A stretch of DNA of 64,000 nt from Candidatus Omnitrophota bacterium. GTDB lineage: Bacteria; Omnitrophota; Gorgyraeia; 2-02-FULL-51-18. This document shows, piece by piece, positions 19,795 to 29,647 of this stretch (its first letter is position 1; every line of letters starts with the position of its first letter). The stretch covers positions 665,840 to 729,839 of the forward strand of contig JAJVIE010000003.1 of NCBI GenBank assembly GCA_022072175.1. The letters are read 5' to 3'. The notes below the pieces were generated by a model. It saw only the letters and a list, made by a program, of their open reading frames with translations, did no database searches and was not told where the DNA came from. The position numbers and the translations under genes were made by a program.

Positions 19795-21210
19795 TCAGGC
19801 CTTGAGGCCGAATGCGATCTCGCGGCCGCTCGAGACCAGCGATGTCGCCAGCTGCTCGGAGGTCGCTTCGGAGTAGATCCGCAGGATCGGTTCCGTGCCC
19901 GACAGGCGGAACAACAGCCAACTGTCGTCCTCCAGCACGAACTTCATCCCGTCGCTCGACTTGACCTCCTTGATGCGGTGACCGGCCAGGGATGCTGGCG
20001 GGTTCTTCTGGAGGTGCTGGAACAGCAGGGGTTTGAGCTCGTTCGGATAGTCGATGTCGTTGCGGACATAGTGGAGCTTGCCGAATTCCTTCTCCACGTC
20101 CTTGAGGATCTGGTCGATGGACTTGCCGCGCACGGCCATCATCTCCATCAAGAGCAGCGACGAGAGCATGCCGTCGCGCTCGTACAGATAGTCCTGAAAT
20201 CCGATCCCGCCCGACTCCTCCCCCCCGATCAGCACGTTCTCGCGGCGCATGATCTCGCAGACGTACTTGAAACCGACCGGGGTCTCATGGACCTTGAGGC
20301 CGAGCTTGCGGGCCATCTTGTAGATCAGCCCGGTATTGGAGATCGTCGTGACGACACTGCCGGTCTTCTTGCGGTCCTCGACCAGGTGCAGCATGATCAG
20401 CGAGAGGATCTTGCCCGGCGAGATGAACTCCCCTCCCGGACGGATAGCGCCGACCCGGTCAGCGTCACCGTCGGTGACCACGCAGAGGTCGTACTTGCCC
20501 GTCCGCATGAGCTCGGTCGCCTGGCGCAGGTTCTGCGGGATCGGCTCCGGCGCCCCACCGCCGAAGGACGTGTCCCGGTCCCCGCGGATGGTCGTGATCC
20601 GGAGCTTGCCGCCGGCCAGAATGGTCTCGAGCCAGCGTCCGGCCACACCGTGCATCGGGTCCACCAGCACATGGTAGGGTCCCTGCTTGATCTTGTCGAT
20701 GTCCACATAGCGCTTGAGGAAGGCGATGTAAGCCTCATTGAGGTCGCGCCGTTCGCTGCCGGCTCCGAGAGGTTTGCGGCGGACGGGGCTCTTGCCGATC
20801 AGCGCCTCGACGGCGTCGGTGATCGCGCGCTCAGCGGAACCGCCGAAGTCGTTCTTGATCTTCACGCCGTTGTAGCCGGGCGGATTGTGGCTGGCCGTGA
20901 TGGCCAGGCCCGAATCGCACTTCTCCTTGACGATCGTATAGCTGACGGCCGGGGTCGGGCAAGCCGTGGTGGACAGGATCACCTCGATACCATTGCCGCT
21001 GAGCACCTCGGCGGCGGCGCGCGCGAAGTTCTCGGAGTTACGGCGCCAGTCGTAGCCGATCACGACCCGGACCTTGGAGGAGCCCTTCTTCTTGGATTCC
21101 GCCCAGAGATGGTCGGCGTAGGCCTGCACGACCCTCTCGACGTTCTCGAGCGTGAAATCCGCGCTCATCAGCGCTCTCCAACCATCGGTGCCGAACTTTA
21201 TTTTTGACAT
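19795..21210 (-). CDS. phosphomannomutase/phosphoglucomutase (alpha-D-phosphohexomutase family)
   Basis: 471 aa. FGTDGWRA N-terminus, ITASHNPPGYNGVKI active-site Ser loop and GDADR metal loop. Confidence 0.8.
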   Translation of the reverse strand: MSKIKFGTDGWRALMSADFTLENVERVVQAYADHLWAESKKKGSSKVRVVIGYDWRRNSENFARAAAEVLSGNGIEVILSTTACPTPAVSYTIVKEKCDSGLAITASHNPPGYNGVKIKNDFGGSAERAITDAVEALIGKSPVRRKPLGAGSERRDLNEAYIAFLKRYVDIDKIKQGPYHVLVDPMHGVAGRWLETILAGGKLRITTIRGDRDTSFGGGAPEPIPQNLRQATELMRTGKYDLCVVTDGDADRVGAIRPGGEFISPGKILSLIMLHLVEDRKKTGSVVTTISNTGLIYKMARKLGLKVHETPVGFKYVCEIMRRENVLIGGEESGGIGFQDYLYERDGMLSSLLLMEMMAVRGKSIDQILKDVEKEFGKLHYVRNDIDYPNELKPLLFQHLQKNPPASLAGHRIKEVKSSDGMKFVLEDDSWLLFRLSGTEPILRIYSEATSEQLATSLVSSGREIAFGLKA

Positions 21211-21845
21211 CGGAGTTCCTCGATCGCTTGTTTGACGTCCGTCTTGCCGAAGATCGCGGTGCCGGCGACGAGCACGTTCGCCCCCGCCTCCACCGCCTGC
21301 CTGCCGGTCGTCTTGTTGATGCCGCCGTCCACCTGGATATCTCCCGGATAGACCGTCCGGAGCCGCCGAACCTTGTCCAGGACCTCCGGCATGAACGCCT
21401 GCCCGCCGAAGCCCGGGTTGACCGTCATCAAGAGCACCATGTCGATCCGCTCCAGGTACGGGAGGATCGGCTCGAGCGGCGTGGCCGGCTTGAGCGAAAC
21501 GCCCGTTCGCGCCCCGGCCGAACGGATGGACGCCAGCACCTCGGACAGACGGTCGCCGCAGGCCTCGGCGTGCACGGTGACACCGTCAGCCCCGGCCTTG
21601 ACGAAGTTCGCCACGTAGCGCTCGGGCTGTTCGATCATGAGGTGGGCGTCCAGAAAGAGCTTCGTCACCTTACGGATGGCCTCCACGATGAACGGTCCGA
21701 TCGTGATGTTGGGCACGAAATGCCCGTCCATCACGTCCAGATGCAGCATCTCGCATCCGCCCGCCTCGACCTTGCGGATCTCCGACCTCAGGTCGGCAAA
21801 ATCAGCGGCCAGCAGCGACGGGGCGATCTTCAGACGAGTTGACAC
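21198..21845 (-). CDS. rpe: ribulose-phosphate 3-epimerase
   Basis: KIAPSLLAADFADL and HLDVMDGHFVPN motifs. Start placed at the GTG (V)STRLKIAPS, preceded by GGAGA. The first 12 codons of the track ORF were rejected. Confidence 0.85.
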   Translation of the reverse strand: MSTRLKIAPSLLAADFADLRSEIRKVEAGGCEMLHLDVMDGHFVPNITIGPFIVEAIRKVTKLFLDAHLMIEQPERYVANFVKAGADGVTVHAEACGDRLSEVLASIRSAGARTGVSLKPATPLEPILPYLERIDMVLLMTVNPGFGGQAFMPEVLDKVRRLRTVYPGDIQVDGGINKTTGRQAVEAGANVLVAGTAIFGKTDVKQAIEELRCQK

Positions 21846-21907
21846 GACCGGTCTCCATAAGGTGTCCAGGCCCACATCCACGAAGGGAAGATTTTAACAG
21901 AATCGAG

Positions 21908-21924
21908 GCCCGTTGGGAACGGGC
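21908..21924 (-). terminator. putative intrinsic terminator hairpin after the M16 peptidase gene
   Basis: GCCCGTT-GGG-AACGGGC is a 7-bp GC-rich stem. On the minus-strand RNA it is followed by CUCGAUUCUGUUAAAAUCUU. It lies in the only sizeable gap (about 89 nt) at the distal end of the recA...M16 gene array. Confidence 0.35.
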
Positions 21925-21934
21925 GTAAACGCCG

Positions 21935-23215
21935 TCAGAGGGACAGCTTGGGGCGGATCTCGGAGGCCAGACGCGAGGCGTCCGGACCCACCAGGGCCAA
22001 TCGGAGCGCCTGTGTCCTGAAAAGCCGCGCCGCGACCCGCTTGAGGTCGTGCGGACGGATGGCTTCGACGCGTCGGCGGATCTGCGCCAGAGTACGGTTG
22101 GACCTCGACGACAGCACGCTCTCCCCCGCCCACAGCATGAGGTTCATCGTGTTCTCCAGCCCCAGGTCGAGCTGGCCGAGGTAGAAATCCTTGGCCCTCC
22201 GCAGCTCGTCCGGTCCCACGTCGGTCGTCGCGATCTTCGACAGCTCCTTGAGCACGACACCGACGGCCTCGGGGGCCTTGCGGCCGTCGACCCCGGCCGA
22301 GATGATGAAAGCGCCCGTCTCGGTGTACCGCCTCACCGAAGAGCCGATATCATAGGCCAATCCCCGCTCTTCGCGCACTTCGTTGAAGAGCCGCGAGGAC
22401 ATATTGCCTCCGAGCACCACATTGAGAAGGTCCAGCGGCAGTTCGTCGGGATGGTCCTTCGGAAGGGCGTGCATGCCGAGGCACAGATGGGTCTGCTCGG
22501 TCTTCTTGTTGAGGCTCCTGACCCTGGAGGTCGCGGCGCTACCGCTGAAAAGCCTGCGCTGGACGCCGGGGGCCGACCGCGGCGGCCGCGCGAAAGCCCT
22601 GAGCACCTCGCGGCTGAGCTGGATCAGGTCGATGTCTCCGGCGGCGCTGACGGTCAAATGCGGCTGTCGATAGTAACGGTCGCGAAAACCCACGATCTGC
22701 TCGCGCGTCATCGCCCCGACGGTCTTCAGCGTGCCGGCGATCGGCCGTCCCAGCGCGTGGCCGTCCCACAACACCTCGCAGAGGATCTCATCGACCAGCT
22801 GGCCCGGCTGGTCCTGGGTCATCTTGATCTCCTCGAGGATCACCGTACGTTCCTTCTCGAGGTCCTCTGTCCGGAGCGTGGCTCCGGTGACCATGTCGGC
22901 CAGGACATCGAAGGTCCCTCTGAAGTGGGCCGCGGTCGTCTTGGCCAGGAAACACGTGTACTCCTCGCCGGTGAACGCGTTGAGGCTCCCGCCCTTGCCC
23001 TCGACGTCCTCCTTGATCTGGTAGGTCGTTCTGCGGTGGGTTCCTTTGAAGACCAGGTGCTCGAGGAAGTGAGAGGCGCCGGAGAGCTCCGGACTTTCGT
23101 CGCGTCCTCCGACGCTGACCCAGATGCCCACTGAGACGGAACGGCGTCCCGGCAAGGGCGCCCACACCAGGCGAACGCCGTTGGGGAGCAGTTTGACGCT
23201 GTATTCCCGCTTCAT
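21935..23215 (-). CDS. M16 family zinc peptidase (insulinase-like)
   Basis: 426 aa. HFLEH inverted zinc-binding motif near the N-terminus, and two M16 domains. Confidence 0.75.
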   Translation of the reverse strand: MKREYSVKLLPNGVRLVWAPLPGRRSVSVGIWVSVGGRDESPELSGASHFLEHLVFKGTHRRTTYQIKEDVEGKGGSLNAFTGEEYTCFLAKTTAAHFRGTFDVLADMVTGATLRTEDLEKERTVILEEIKMTQDQPGQLVDEILCEVLWDGHALGRPIAGTLKTVGAMTREQIVGFRDRYYRQPHLTVSAAGDIDLIQLSREVLRAFARPPRSAPGVQRRLFSGSAATSRVRSLNKKTEQTHLCLGMHALPKDHPDELPLDLLNVVLGGNMSSRLFNEVREERGLAYDIGSSVRRYTETGAFIISAGVDGRKAPEAVGVVLKELSKIATTDVGPDELRRAKDFYLGQLDLGLENTMNLMLWAGESVLSSRSNRTLAQIRRRVEAIRPHDLKRVAARLFRTQALRLALVGPDASRLASEIRPKLSL

Positions 23216-23643
23216 GATGCGCCCGTCGCGCGATGACGCCGCGAGTCCAGATAGCCCTGAAGGATGAGGATGGCCGCCAGCTGATCGCTCTTCTGTTTCT
23301 GCTTCTGCCGAGAGAGGCCCTCCTGGATCATCAGACGCCCCGCCTGCCGGCTGGTGAGACGCTCGTCCCAGGAGGCCACGCCGAGACCCGTCTCACGCGC
23401 CAATCGGTCCATCCACTCACGGGTCAACCGGGCCTTGGGGCCCTCTGTGCCGTCCATATTGACCGGGAGACCGATGACGATCTCCGTCACTCCGCGTTCG
23501 GAGCAGAGGCTCTTCAACGCCGCGACGGTACGGTCCACGCCCTTGTTCTCGAGCGTCTCGAGTCCCTGGGCGGTGTATCCGAGAGGGTCGGAGATCGCCA
23601 GGCCGATCCTTTTGTCGCCCAGATCGATGGCCAGGATCCTCAT
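23212..23643 (-). CDS. ruvX: Holliday junction resolvase-like RNase RuvX/YqgF
   Basis: MRILAIDLGDKRIGLAISD. About 143 aa from the internal ATG that overlaps the manC stop. The 80-aa N-terminal extension of the track ORF was rejected. Confidence 0.85.
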   Translation of the reverse strand: MRILAIDLGDKRIGLAISDPLGYTAQGLETLENKGVDRTVAALKSLCSERGVTEIVIGLPVNMDGTEGPKARLTREWMDRLARETGLGVASWDERLTSRQAGRLMIQEGLSRQKQKQKSDQLAAILILQGYLDSRRHRATGAS

Positions 23644-24659
23644 GAGGCCTGAGCCGCCCAGCGTGCCGCGGATTCGGAGGCGCCTCTTGGACAAACGAGC
23701 ATGCCTTGGTGTGTTCGTACCACGATCGTGTCCTTCAGACCGGACAGACGCGCGCGGCCCGGCAGGGCATCGTGAACAAGGCAGTTCTCGCAATCCTTGA
23801 GCACCGCCCCGCCGATGACCGCGTTGCCCGCGGCATCCTTCGGAGCTTTTTCGTAGTACATGTCCCAACTGCCCATATCGCACCAGTCCATCCGGGTCGA
23901 CAGTACCGTCACGCGGCGCGTTCTCTCCATGAGCGCGTAGTCGATGGAGAGCGCCGGCAATCTCCGATAGGCGGCCCTCAAACGCGCGACGCCCTTGAGG
24001 CGCGTGAACTGCGGAGCGTGCCGCTCCATTTCACCATAGTAGGTGGAGAGCCGCCACGTGAAGATGCCGGCGTTCCATGCGTGCCGGCCGCCTTTGAGAT
24101 AGGCCGCCGCGCGCCGGGAGTCCGGTTTTTCGACGAAACGCCTGACGGTGTGGGCTCCGGCCGTACCGCGGATCGCCTGCCCGCGCTCGATGTAACCATA
24201 GCCGGTGGCGGCGAACGTCGGCCGGATGCCGATCGTGACCAGCGTCCTCGACGATCCGGCCAGACGGATGGCCGCGCGCATCGTGCCGGCGAACGACGCC
24301 GTGTCCTGGATCAGGTGGTCGGCCGGGTAGAAGGAGACGACCTCCTCGCCGCCGCACCTCTGACGCAGGATCTCGCAGGTCAGATGGATCGCCGAGGCCG
24401 TATTGTTGCGGAACGGCTCGATATGCAGATTGCCGGAGCTCAGGGACGTCAGCTCGGCGCGCACATGACGGACATGATCGCGTCCGGTGATGACATGCAC
24501 GCGGGCGGCCCCGTAAACTCGGGCCAGACGGGCGTACGTGGACGACAGCAGGGACGATCGACCGTCGTACCGGATGCGGTATTTGGGGAAATCCGCGGAT
24601 GTCAGCGGCCAGAATCGTTCTCCGATACCGCCGGCCATGATCACTGCCTGGGGCATCAA
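23640..24659 (-). CDS. mannose-1-phosphate guanylyltransferase (nucleotidyltransferase domain, no cupin)
   Basis: 339 aa. AVIMAGGIGERFWPLT sugar-nucleotidyltransferase signature. Confidence 0.7.
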   Translation of the reverse strand: MMPQAVIMAGGIGERFWPLTSADFPKYRIRYDGRSSLLSSTYARLARVYGAARVHVITGRDHVRHVRAELTSLSSGNLHIEPFRNNTASAIHLTCEILRQRCGGEEVVSFYPADHLIQDTASFAGTMRAAIRLAGSSRTLVTIGIRPTFAATGYGYIERGQAIRGTAGAHTVRRFVEKPDSRRAAAYLKGGRHAWNAGIFTWRLSTYYGEMERHAPQFTRLKGVARLRAAYRRLPALSIDYALMERTRRVTVLSTRMDWCDMGSWDMYYEKAPKDAAGNAVIGGAVLKDCENCLVHDALPGRARLSGLKDTIVVRTHQGMLVCPRGASESAARWAAQAS

Positions 24660-25477
24660 TCGCCCCCGGCTTTGACGGACCGGACGGCCCGGACGAACGG
24701 CCGCACCACCCGCCGGGCGAACGCGGAAGCGTCGGACAGGCCGGTCCTGGACAGCTCTCGGACGATCGCGCTGCCGACGATCACACCATCGCTGTACGCG
24801 CAGAAGCGGCGCGCCGCCTCGGGTGTCGAGACACCGAAACCCACGCAGACCGGAAGCTCGCTTCCCCTGCGCGCGCGGCGCACATGCGACTCGATGACGC
24901 GCGAACTGTCCTTGGCGTCCGCTCCGGTGACGCCGGTCAAGGAAACGTAATAGACAAAACCTTTGGAGCGTCTGAGCACCAGGCGTTCACGCTCGCCGGA
25001 GCTGGTCGGGGCCAGCAGGTAGACGGTATGCAGTCCGCGCCGGGCCAGCACACGGTCGATCTCCCCGCCCTCATCTGGAGGCACGTCCGGCAGGATCACC
25101 CCATCGACACCCGCACGGGCAGCGTCAGCGGCGAATCGCCGGATACCGTAACGGAGGATGGGGTTGGCGTAGCTCATGAGCAGGATGGGCAGGCGCACGC
25201 CGCTCCGTCGCGCCTGGCCGACCATGTCCAGCACACGCCGCACGGTCACGCCGTTCTTGAGGGCCGTCAGCGAGGAGGCCTGGATGACGGGCCCGTCCGC
25301 CAGAGGGTCGGAGAACGGCACCCCGATCTCCAGCAGATCCACACCCTCACGCTCGAGCGCGACCGCCAGGCGGACGGTGCTCGTGAGCGTCGGATGTCCC
25401 GCGGTGATGAAGGCGATCATGGCTTTCTGCCGCCGCTCACGCAGCGCGGCGAACGTCCGGTCGATGCGGTTGGTCAT
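24656..25477 (-). CDS. trpA: tryptophan synthase alpha chain
   Basis: 273 aa. TrpA family. [18 protein letters not shown]. Confidence 0.9.
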   Translation of the reverse strand: MTNRIDRTFAALRERRQKAMIAFITAGHPTLTSTVRLAVALEREGVDLLEIGVPFSDPLADGPVIQASSLTALKNGVTVRRVLDMVGQARRSGVRLPILLMSYANPILRYGIRRFAADAARAGVDGVILPDVPPDEGGEIDRVLARRGLHTVYLLAPTSSGERERLVLRRSKGFVYYVSLTGVTGADAKDSSRVIESHVRRARRGSELPVCVGFGVSTPEAARRFCAYSDGVIVGSAIVRELSRTGLSDASAFARRVVRPFVRAVRSVKAGGD

Positions 25478-26682
25478 AAGGCCAGCACCTTGGAGACCTG
25501 CTCGACGTCCTTGTCGCCGCGTCCGGACAGGCAGATCAGGAGCGTATCCGTCCTGCGGAAGCGGCGCTTGTTCTTGAGCAGATAGCCGATCGCGTGCGCC
25601 GGCTCGAGCGCCGGAATGATCCCTTCGAGTCGGCTCAGGGCCTGGAGCCCTTCGAGCGCTTCTTTGTCCGTGGCCGAGACGTACTCCGCCCGACCCCTGC
25701 TCTTGAGATAAGCGTGTTCGGGACCGACACCCGGATAATCCAAGCCCGCCGAGATGGAGTGGGCCAACTGGATCTGGCCGTCAGCGTCCTGGAGCACTTC
25801 GGTCCGGCTGCCGTGAAGCACGCCGATCCGGCCGGCGGTGAGCGTCGCCGCGTGCTGGCCCGAGGAGACGCCGTGCCCGGCCGCCTCGACGCCGATCAGG
25901 CGCGCGCGGCTGGCGAGGAACGGATGGAACAGCCCCATGCTGTTGGAGCCGCCCCCCACGCACGCCACCGCGTAGTCAGGGTCCCGCCCGACGGCAACCC
26001 GGAACTGCCTGCGCGCCTCCTGACCGATCACGGCCTGGAAATCCCTGACCAGCCGCGGGTACGGATGAGGCCCGATGACGGAGCCGATGATGTAGTGCGT
26101 GTCGCGCACGTTGGTGACCCAATCCCGGATGGCCTCGTTGACGGCGTCCTTGAGCGTCCGCGAACCCGAGCGGACCGGGTTGACCTTGGCGCCCAGGAGT
26201 TTCATACGAAAGACGTTGAGGGACTGGCGGTGGACATCCTCCTCCCCCATATAGACCTCACAGCGGATCCCCAGAAGCGCGCACACCGTCGCGGTGGCCA
26301 CGCCGTGCTGCCCGGCCCCCGTCTCCGCGATGACGCGTTTTTTGCCCATCCGAAGCGTCAGTAGGGATTGACCGATGGTGTTGTTGATCTTGTGCGAGCC
26401 GGTATGATTGAGGTCCTCGCGCTTCAGGAAAGCACGGCGAACCCCGAGCGCCTTGGCCAGACGCTTGACCTCGGTCAACGCCGTCGGCCGGCCGGCATAA
26501 TGGTGGAGCCGCTGCATGAACTCCCTGCGGAAAGACGGGTCCCTGGAGGCCTTGGCGTACTCGCGCTCCAGCTCGGCGAGCGCGCCCATGAGCGTCTCGG
26601 GCACATAACGGCCGCCGTAGGGGCCGAAATGCCCGTGGCGGTCGGGTTGACTATGGAAGCGTTCGGTAGGCTTTTTGGGCAT
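25474..26682 (-). CDS. trpB: tryptophan synthase beta chain
   Basis: 402 aa. [14 protein letters not shown] and HTGSHKINN (PLP lysine). Confidence 0.92.
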   Translation of the reverse strand: MPKKPTERFHSQPDRHGHFGPYGGRYVPETLMGALAELEREYAKASRDPSFRREFMQRLHHYAGRPTALTEVKRLAKALGVRRAFLKREDLNHTGSHKINNTIGQSLLTLRMGKKRVIAETGAGQHGVATATVCALLGIRCEVYMGEEDVHRQSLNVFRMKLLGAKVNPVRSGSRTLKDAVNEAIRDWVTNVRDTHYIIGSVIGPHPYPRLVRDFQAVIGQEARRQFRVAVGRDPDYAVACVGGGSNSMGLFHPFLASRARLIGVEAAGHGVSSGQHAATLTAGRIGVLHGSRTEVLQDADGQIQLAHSISAGLDYPGVGPEHAYLKSRGRAEYVSATDKEALEGLQALSRLEGIIPALEPAHAIGYLLKNKRRFRRTDTLLICLSGRGDKDVEQVSKVLAL

Positions 26683-27283
26683 TGGTGATGAACCTTTTCA
26701 TCGCGACAGGGTCCTTGATGCCGGGGGCGGTTTCGACCCGGCTGGAAGCCTCGACGCCGTACGGACGCAGCCGGCGGACCGCCTCGGCGACGTTGCCGGC
26801 ATGCAGTCCTCCCGCCAGGATCACCGGCGTCGTTCGCGGCACACCACGGAGCAGGCTCAGATCGAACGTCCGGCCCGTCCCGCCGTCGGACCCGCGAACC
26901 TCGGTATCGAACAGCCATGCCCCGGCCCGGTGGCGCCTCAGGGCGGCGACCGCGAACCCCGGTCCGACACGAAAGGCCTTGATCGTCAGAAGGTTTCCGA
27001 GGATCCGCTCGTATCCGGGTCGCTCCGACCCGTGCAGTTGGACGGCCGTCAGACCCGCTTCATCAGCGATAGCCCGGATCTCGCGTGCCGGCGTATCGAC
27101 AAAAACCCCCACGAGCGCGGGCCACGGACCCACCGCCCGCCGGATGCGTCGGGCCTGCGCCGGCGTAACGCGGCGCTTGCTGCCGGCGGCGAAGACCAGC
27201 CCGACCGCCGTCGCGCCACAGCGGAACGCCAGCTCAGCGTCCTGCTGACGGGTCACACCGCAGATCTTCACGTAACCGCTCAT
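26651..27283 (-). CDS. trpF: phosphoribosylanthranilate isomerase
   Basis: 210 aa. VKICGVT TIM-barrel N-terminus of the TrpF family. Confidence 0.85.
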   Translation of the reverse strand: MSGYVKICGVTRQQDAELAFRCGATAVGLVFAAGSKRRVTPAQARRIRRAVGPWPALVGVFVDTPAREIRAIADEAGLTAVQLHGSERPGYERILGNLLTIKAFRVGPGFAVAALRRHRAGAWLFDTEVRGSDGGTGRTFDLSLLRGVPRTTPVILAGGLHAGNVAEAVRRLRPYGVEASSRVETAPGIKDPVAMKRFITNAQKAYRTLP

Positions 27284-28068
27284 GTGCGCCCCAGGAGTTT
27301 GGCGACGCCCGCGCCGGGATCGGCTTCCCGCATGAACGCTTCGCCCACGAGAACGGCCTTGGCTCCGAGAGCTTTCAAGTATAACAAATCACCATGGGAC
27401 TGTATGCCACTTTCGGAGACCAGCAACCGCTTGTCGTCGACGAGCGGCGCCAATCTCTCCGTCGTGCGAAGGTCCACCGAGAACGTCTGCAGGTCGCGGT
27501 TGTTCACTCCGATGATCCTCGCTCCGACAGCCAGGGCTTTCTGCACATCCTCGTAGCTGTGGGTCTCCACCAGGGCGTCCAGACCGTAGCGTCCGGCCAG
27601 TTCGTACAGCGTCTTGAGCTCTTCGGCCGAGAGCGCCCCGGCGATCAGGAGCAGGGCGTCGGCGCCCATCGCCACCGTCTCGTACACTTGCACTTCGTGG
27701 ATGATGAAATCCTTGCGCAGCACCGGCAGAGCGACCTCGGCCTTGACCGAGCGCAGATAGTCGGCGCTGCCGCCGAAGTAGATCACGTCCGTGAGCACCG
27801 ACAGCGCCGCGGCCCCGCCCTTTTCGAAGGATCGGGCCAGGGAGACCGGGTCGAAATCCGCCCTCAGGAGCCCCTTGGACGGCGAGCGGCGTTTGATCTC
27901 TGCGATGACGGCCATCGGTTCGGGCGCTTCGCGGAGAGCCCGCTCGAAGACGCCCGCGTTCGCGTGGCGGAGCCGCTCGGCCTCGGAACGCCAGGCCGCC
28001 AGGGGCTTGGCCGCCAGCGTCTCCTGGACCTCCTTGCGTTTCTCCATCAGGATCTCCCGGAGGATCAC
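27280..28068 (-). CDS. trpC: indole-3-glycerol phosphate synthase
   Basis: 262 aa. IAEIKRRSPSKG and the IGPS family profile. Confidence 0.88.
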   Translation of the reverse strand: MILREILMEKRKEVQETLAAKPLAAWRSEAERLRHANAGVFERALREAPEPMAVIAEIKRRSPSKGLLRADFDPVSLARSFEKGGAAALSVLTDVIYFGGSADYLRSVKAEVALPVLRKDFIIHEVQVYETVAMGADALLLIAGALSAEELKTLYELAGRYGLDALVETHSYEDVQKALAVGARIIGVNNRDLQTFSVDLRTTERLAPLVDDKRLLVSESGIQSHGDLLYLKALGAKAVLVGEAFMREADPGAGVAKLLGRT

Positions 28069-29081
28069 GCGGCGCTCCCGTAGTAGTCACGCACCTGCTG
28101 GAGCTTGTTCAGGCCGCCCCCGTTCCGCTGGACCGCCACGATCCGCCGGTAACCCTCGGCGATGGACGGCGCCAGACCCGCGGCGCGCAGGCCCGCGCCG
28201 GCGTTCAGGCAGACGATGTCCGAGGCGGGACCCGAAGCGCCCCCGAGGATGTCGAGAGCCAGACGCGAGGCATCCTCGGCATCGGCCACCCTGAGCACAT
28301 CGAGCGGCACCCGACGGATGCCGACATCTTCGGGCTCCAGACGTCCCTCTCGGATCTGCCCGCCCGACAATTCGGCATAGACGCTGGGGGCGGAGATGCT
28401 GATCTCGTCCAGGCCATCCTCGCCGTGCACGATGAGCGCGGAGACACAGCCGAGCTCCTTGAGCGCTTCGGCGAACGCCCGGACCAGCGGACGGGAATAC
28501 ACGCCCAGGAGGTGATGTCCCGCTCCGGTGGGATTGGACAGCGGTCCGATCAGGTTGAAGACCGTCTTGCCGCCGACCCGCTTGCGTGCGGCCATGGCGT
28601 GTTTGACGGCGGGGTGGTACAGCGGCGCGAACAGGAACCCCCAACCGACCTCGGCGATACCCCTTTCGATCTTCTGGGCGCCGGCGTCCATCGGCACACC
28701 CAGGGCCTCCAGAAGATCCGCGCTGCCGCAGACCCCCGACACCGAACGGTTGCCGTGCTTGGCGACGCGGGCGCCGGCGGCCGCGCACAGGAACGATGCG
28801 ATCGTCGAGACGTTGAGCGTCCGGGAGGCATCGCCTCCGGTACCGCACGTATCGAGCCATTCCGGATGATCGGAGGCGGTCCGGACGCCGTGCTCGCGCA
28901 GCACCCTCGCGGCCGCGACGATCTCTCCGACCGACTCTCCTTTCTGACGCAACAGCACCAGCAGGTCGGCGATGTCGGACTCCTGGGCCTGACCGCTCAT
29001 GATGGCGCGCATGGCGTCGGTCATCTCGGAGGAAGCCAGATCACGTCCGGCGCGGAGGAGTTCGACGGCGGGCAGGGTCAC
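28065..29081 (-). CDS. trpD: anthranilate phosphoribosyltransferase
   Basis: 338 aa. DTCGTGGD and HGNRS motifs. Confidence 0.9.
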   Translation of the reverse strand: MTLPAVELLRAGRDLASSEMTDAMRAIMSGQAQESDIADLLVLLRQKGESVGEIVAAARVLREHGVRTASDHPEWLDTCGTGGDASRTLNVSTIASFLCAAAGARVAKHGNRSVSGVCGSADLLEALGVPMDAGAQKIERGIAEVGWGFLFAPLYHPAVKHAMAARKRVGGKTVFNLIGPLSNPTGAGHHLLGVYSRPLVRAFAEALKELGCVSALIVHGEDGLDEISISAPSVYAELSGGQIREGRLEPEDVGIRRVPLDVLRVADAEDASRLALDILGGASGPASDIVCLNAGAGLRAAGLAPSIAEGYRRIVAVQRNGGGLNKLQQVRDYYGSAA

Positions 29082-29647
29082 CGGGTGAGCTCGAGAAAAT
29101 TACGGAGGATGCGTTTCCCGCATCCGGTAAGGATGGACTCGGGATGGAACTGCACTCCGTAGACCGGGTACCGGCGGTGCCGAAGCCCCATGATCTCCCC
29201 CCGGTCGGTCCAGGCGGTCACCGCCAGGTCCTTGGGCAACGAACGGCGTTCGACCAGCAGTGAATGGTAGCGCGTCGCCGTGAACGGCTGATCAAGACCC
29301 TTGAAGATCCCCTTGCCGTCATGATGGATCTCGGATGTCTTGCCGTGCATCAACCGGTCCGCGCGCACGACCCGGCCGCCGTAGACCTGCCCGATGCACT
29401 GGTGCCCGAGGCAGACGCCCAGCACGGGGATGCGCGGCCCGAGCTCACGGATGATGTCGTTGGAGATCCCGGCCTCGTCCGGATTTCCGGGACCCGGAGA
29501 GATGACGATCCGGGCGGGCTTGAGCTTGCGGACACCCGCGAGATCGACGCGGTCGTTACGGACCACCTTGAGGGTCTGCCCCATCTCACCCAGGTACTGC
29601 ACGAGGTTGTAGGTGAACGAATCGTAATTGTCGATCATCAGGATCAT
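29078..29647 (-). CDS. trpG: anthranilate synthase component II (glutamine amidotransferase)
   Basis: MILMIDNYDSFTYNLVQYL and GVCLGHQ (catalytic Cys). Start placed at the ATG overlapping the trpE stop (ATGA). The 198-aa Arg/Gly-rich read-through in the track ORF was rejected. Confidence 0.88.
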   Translation of the reverse strand: MILMIDNYDSFTYNLVQYLGEMGQTLKVVRNDRVDLAGVRKLKPARIVISPGPGNPDEAGISNDIIRELGPRIPVLGVCLGHQCIGQVYGGRVVRADRLMHGKTSEIHHDGKGIFKGLDQPFTATRYHSLLVERRSLPKDLAVTAWTDRGEIMGLRHRRYPVYGVQFHPESILTGCGKRILRNFLELTR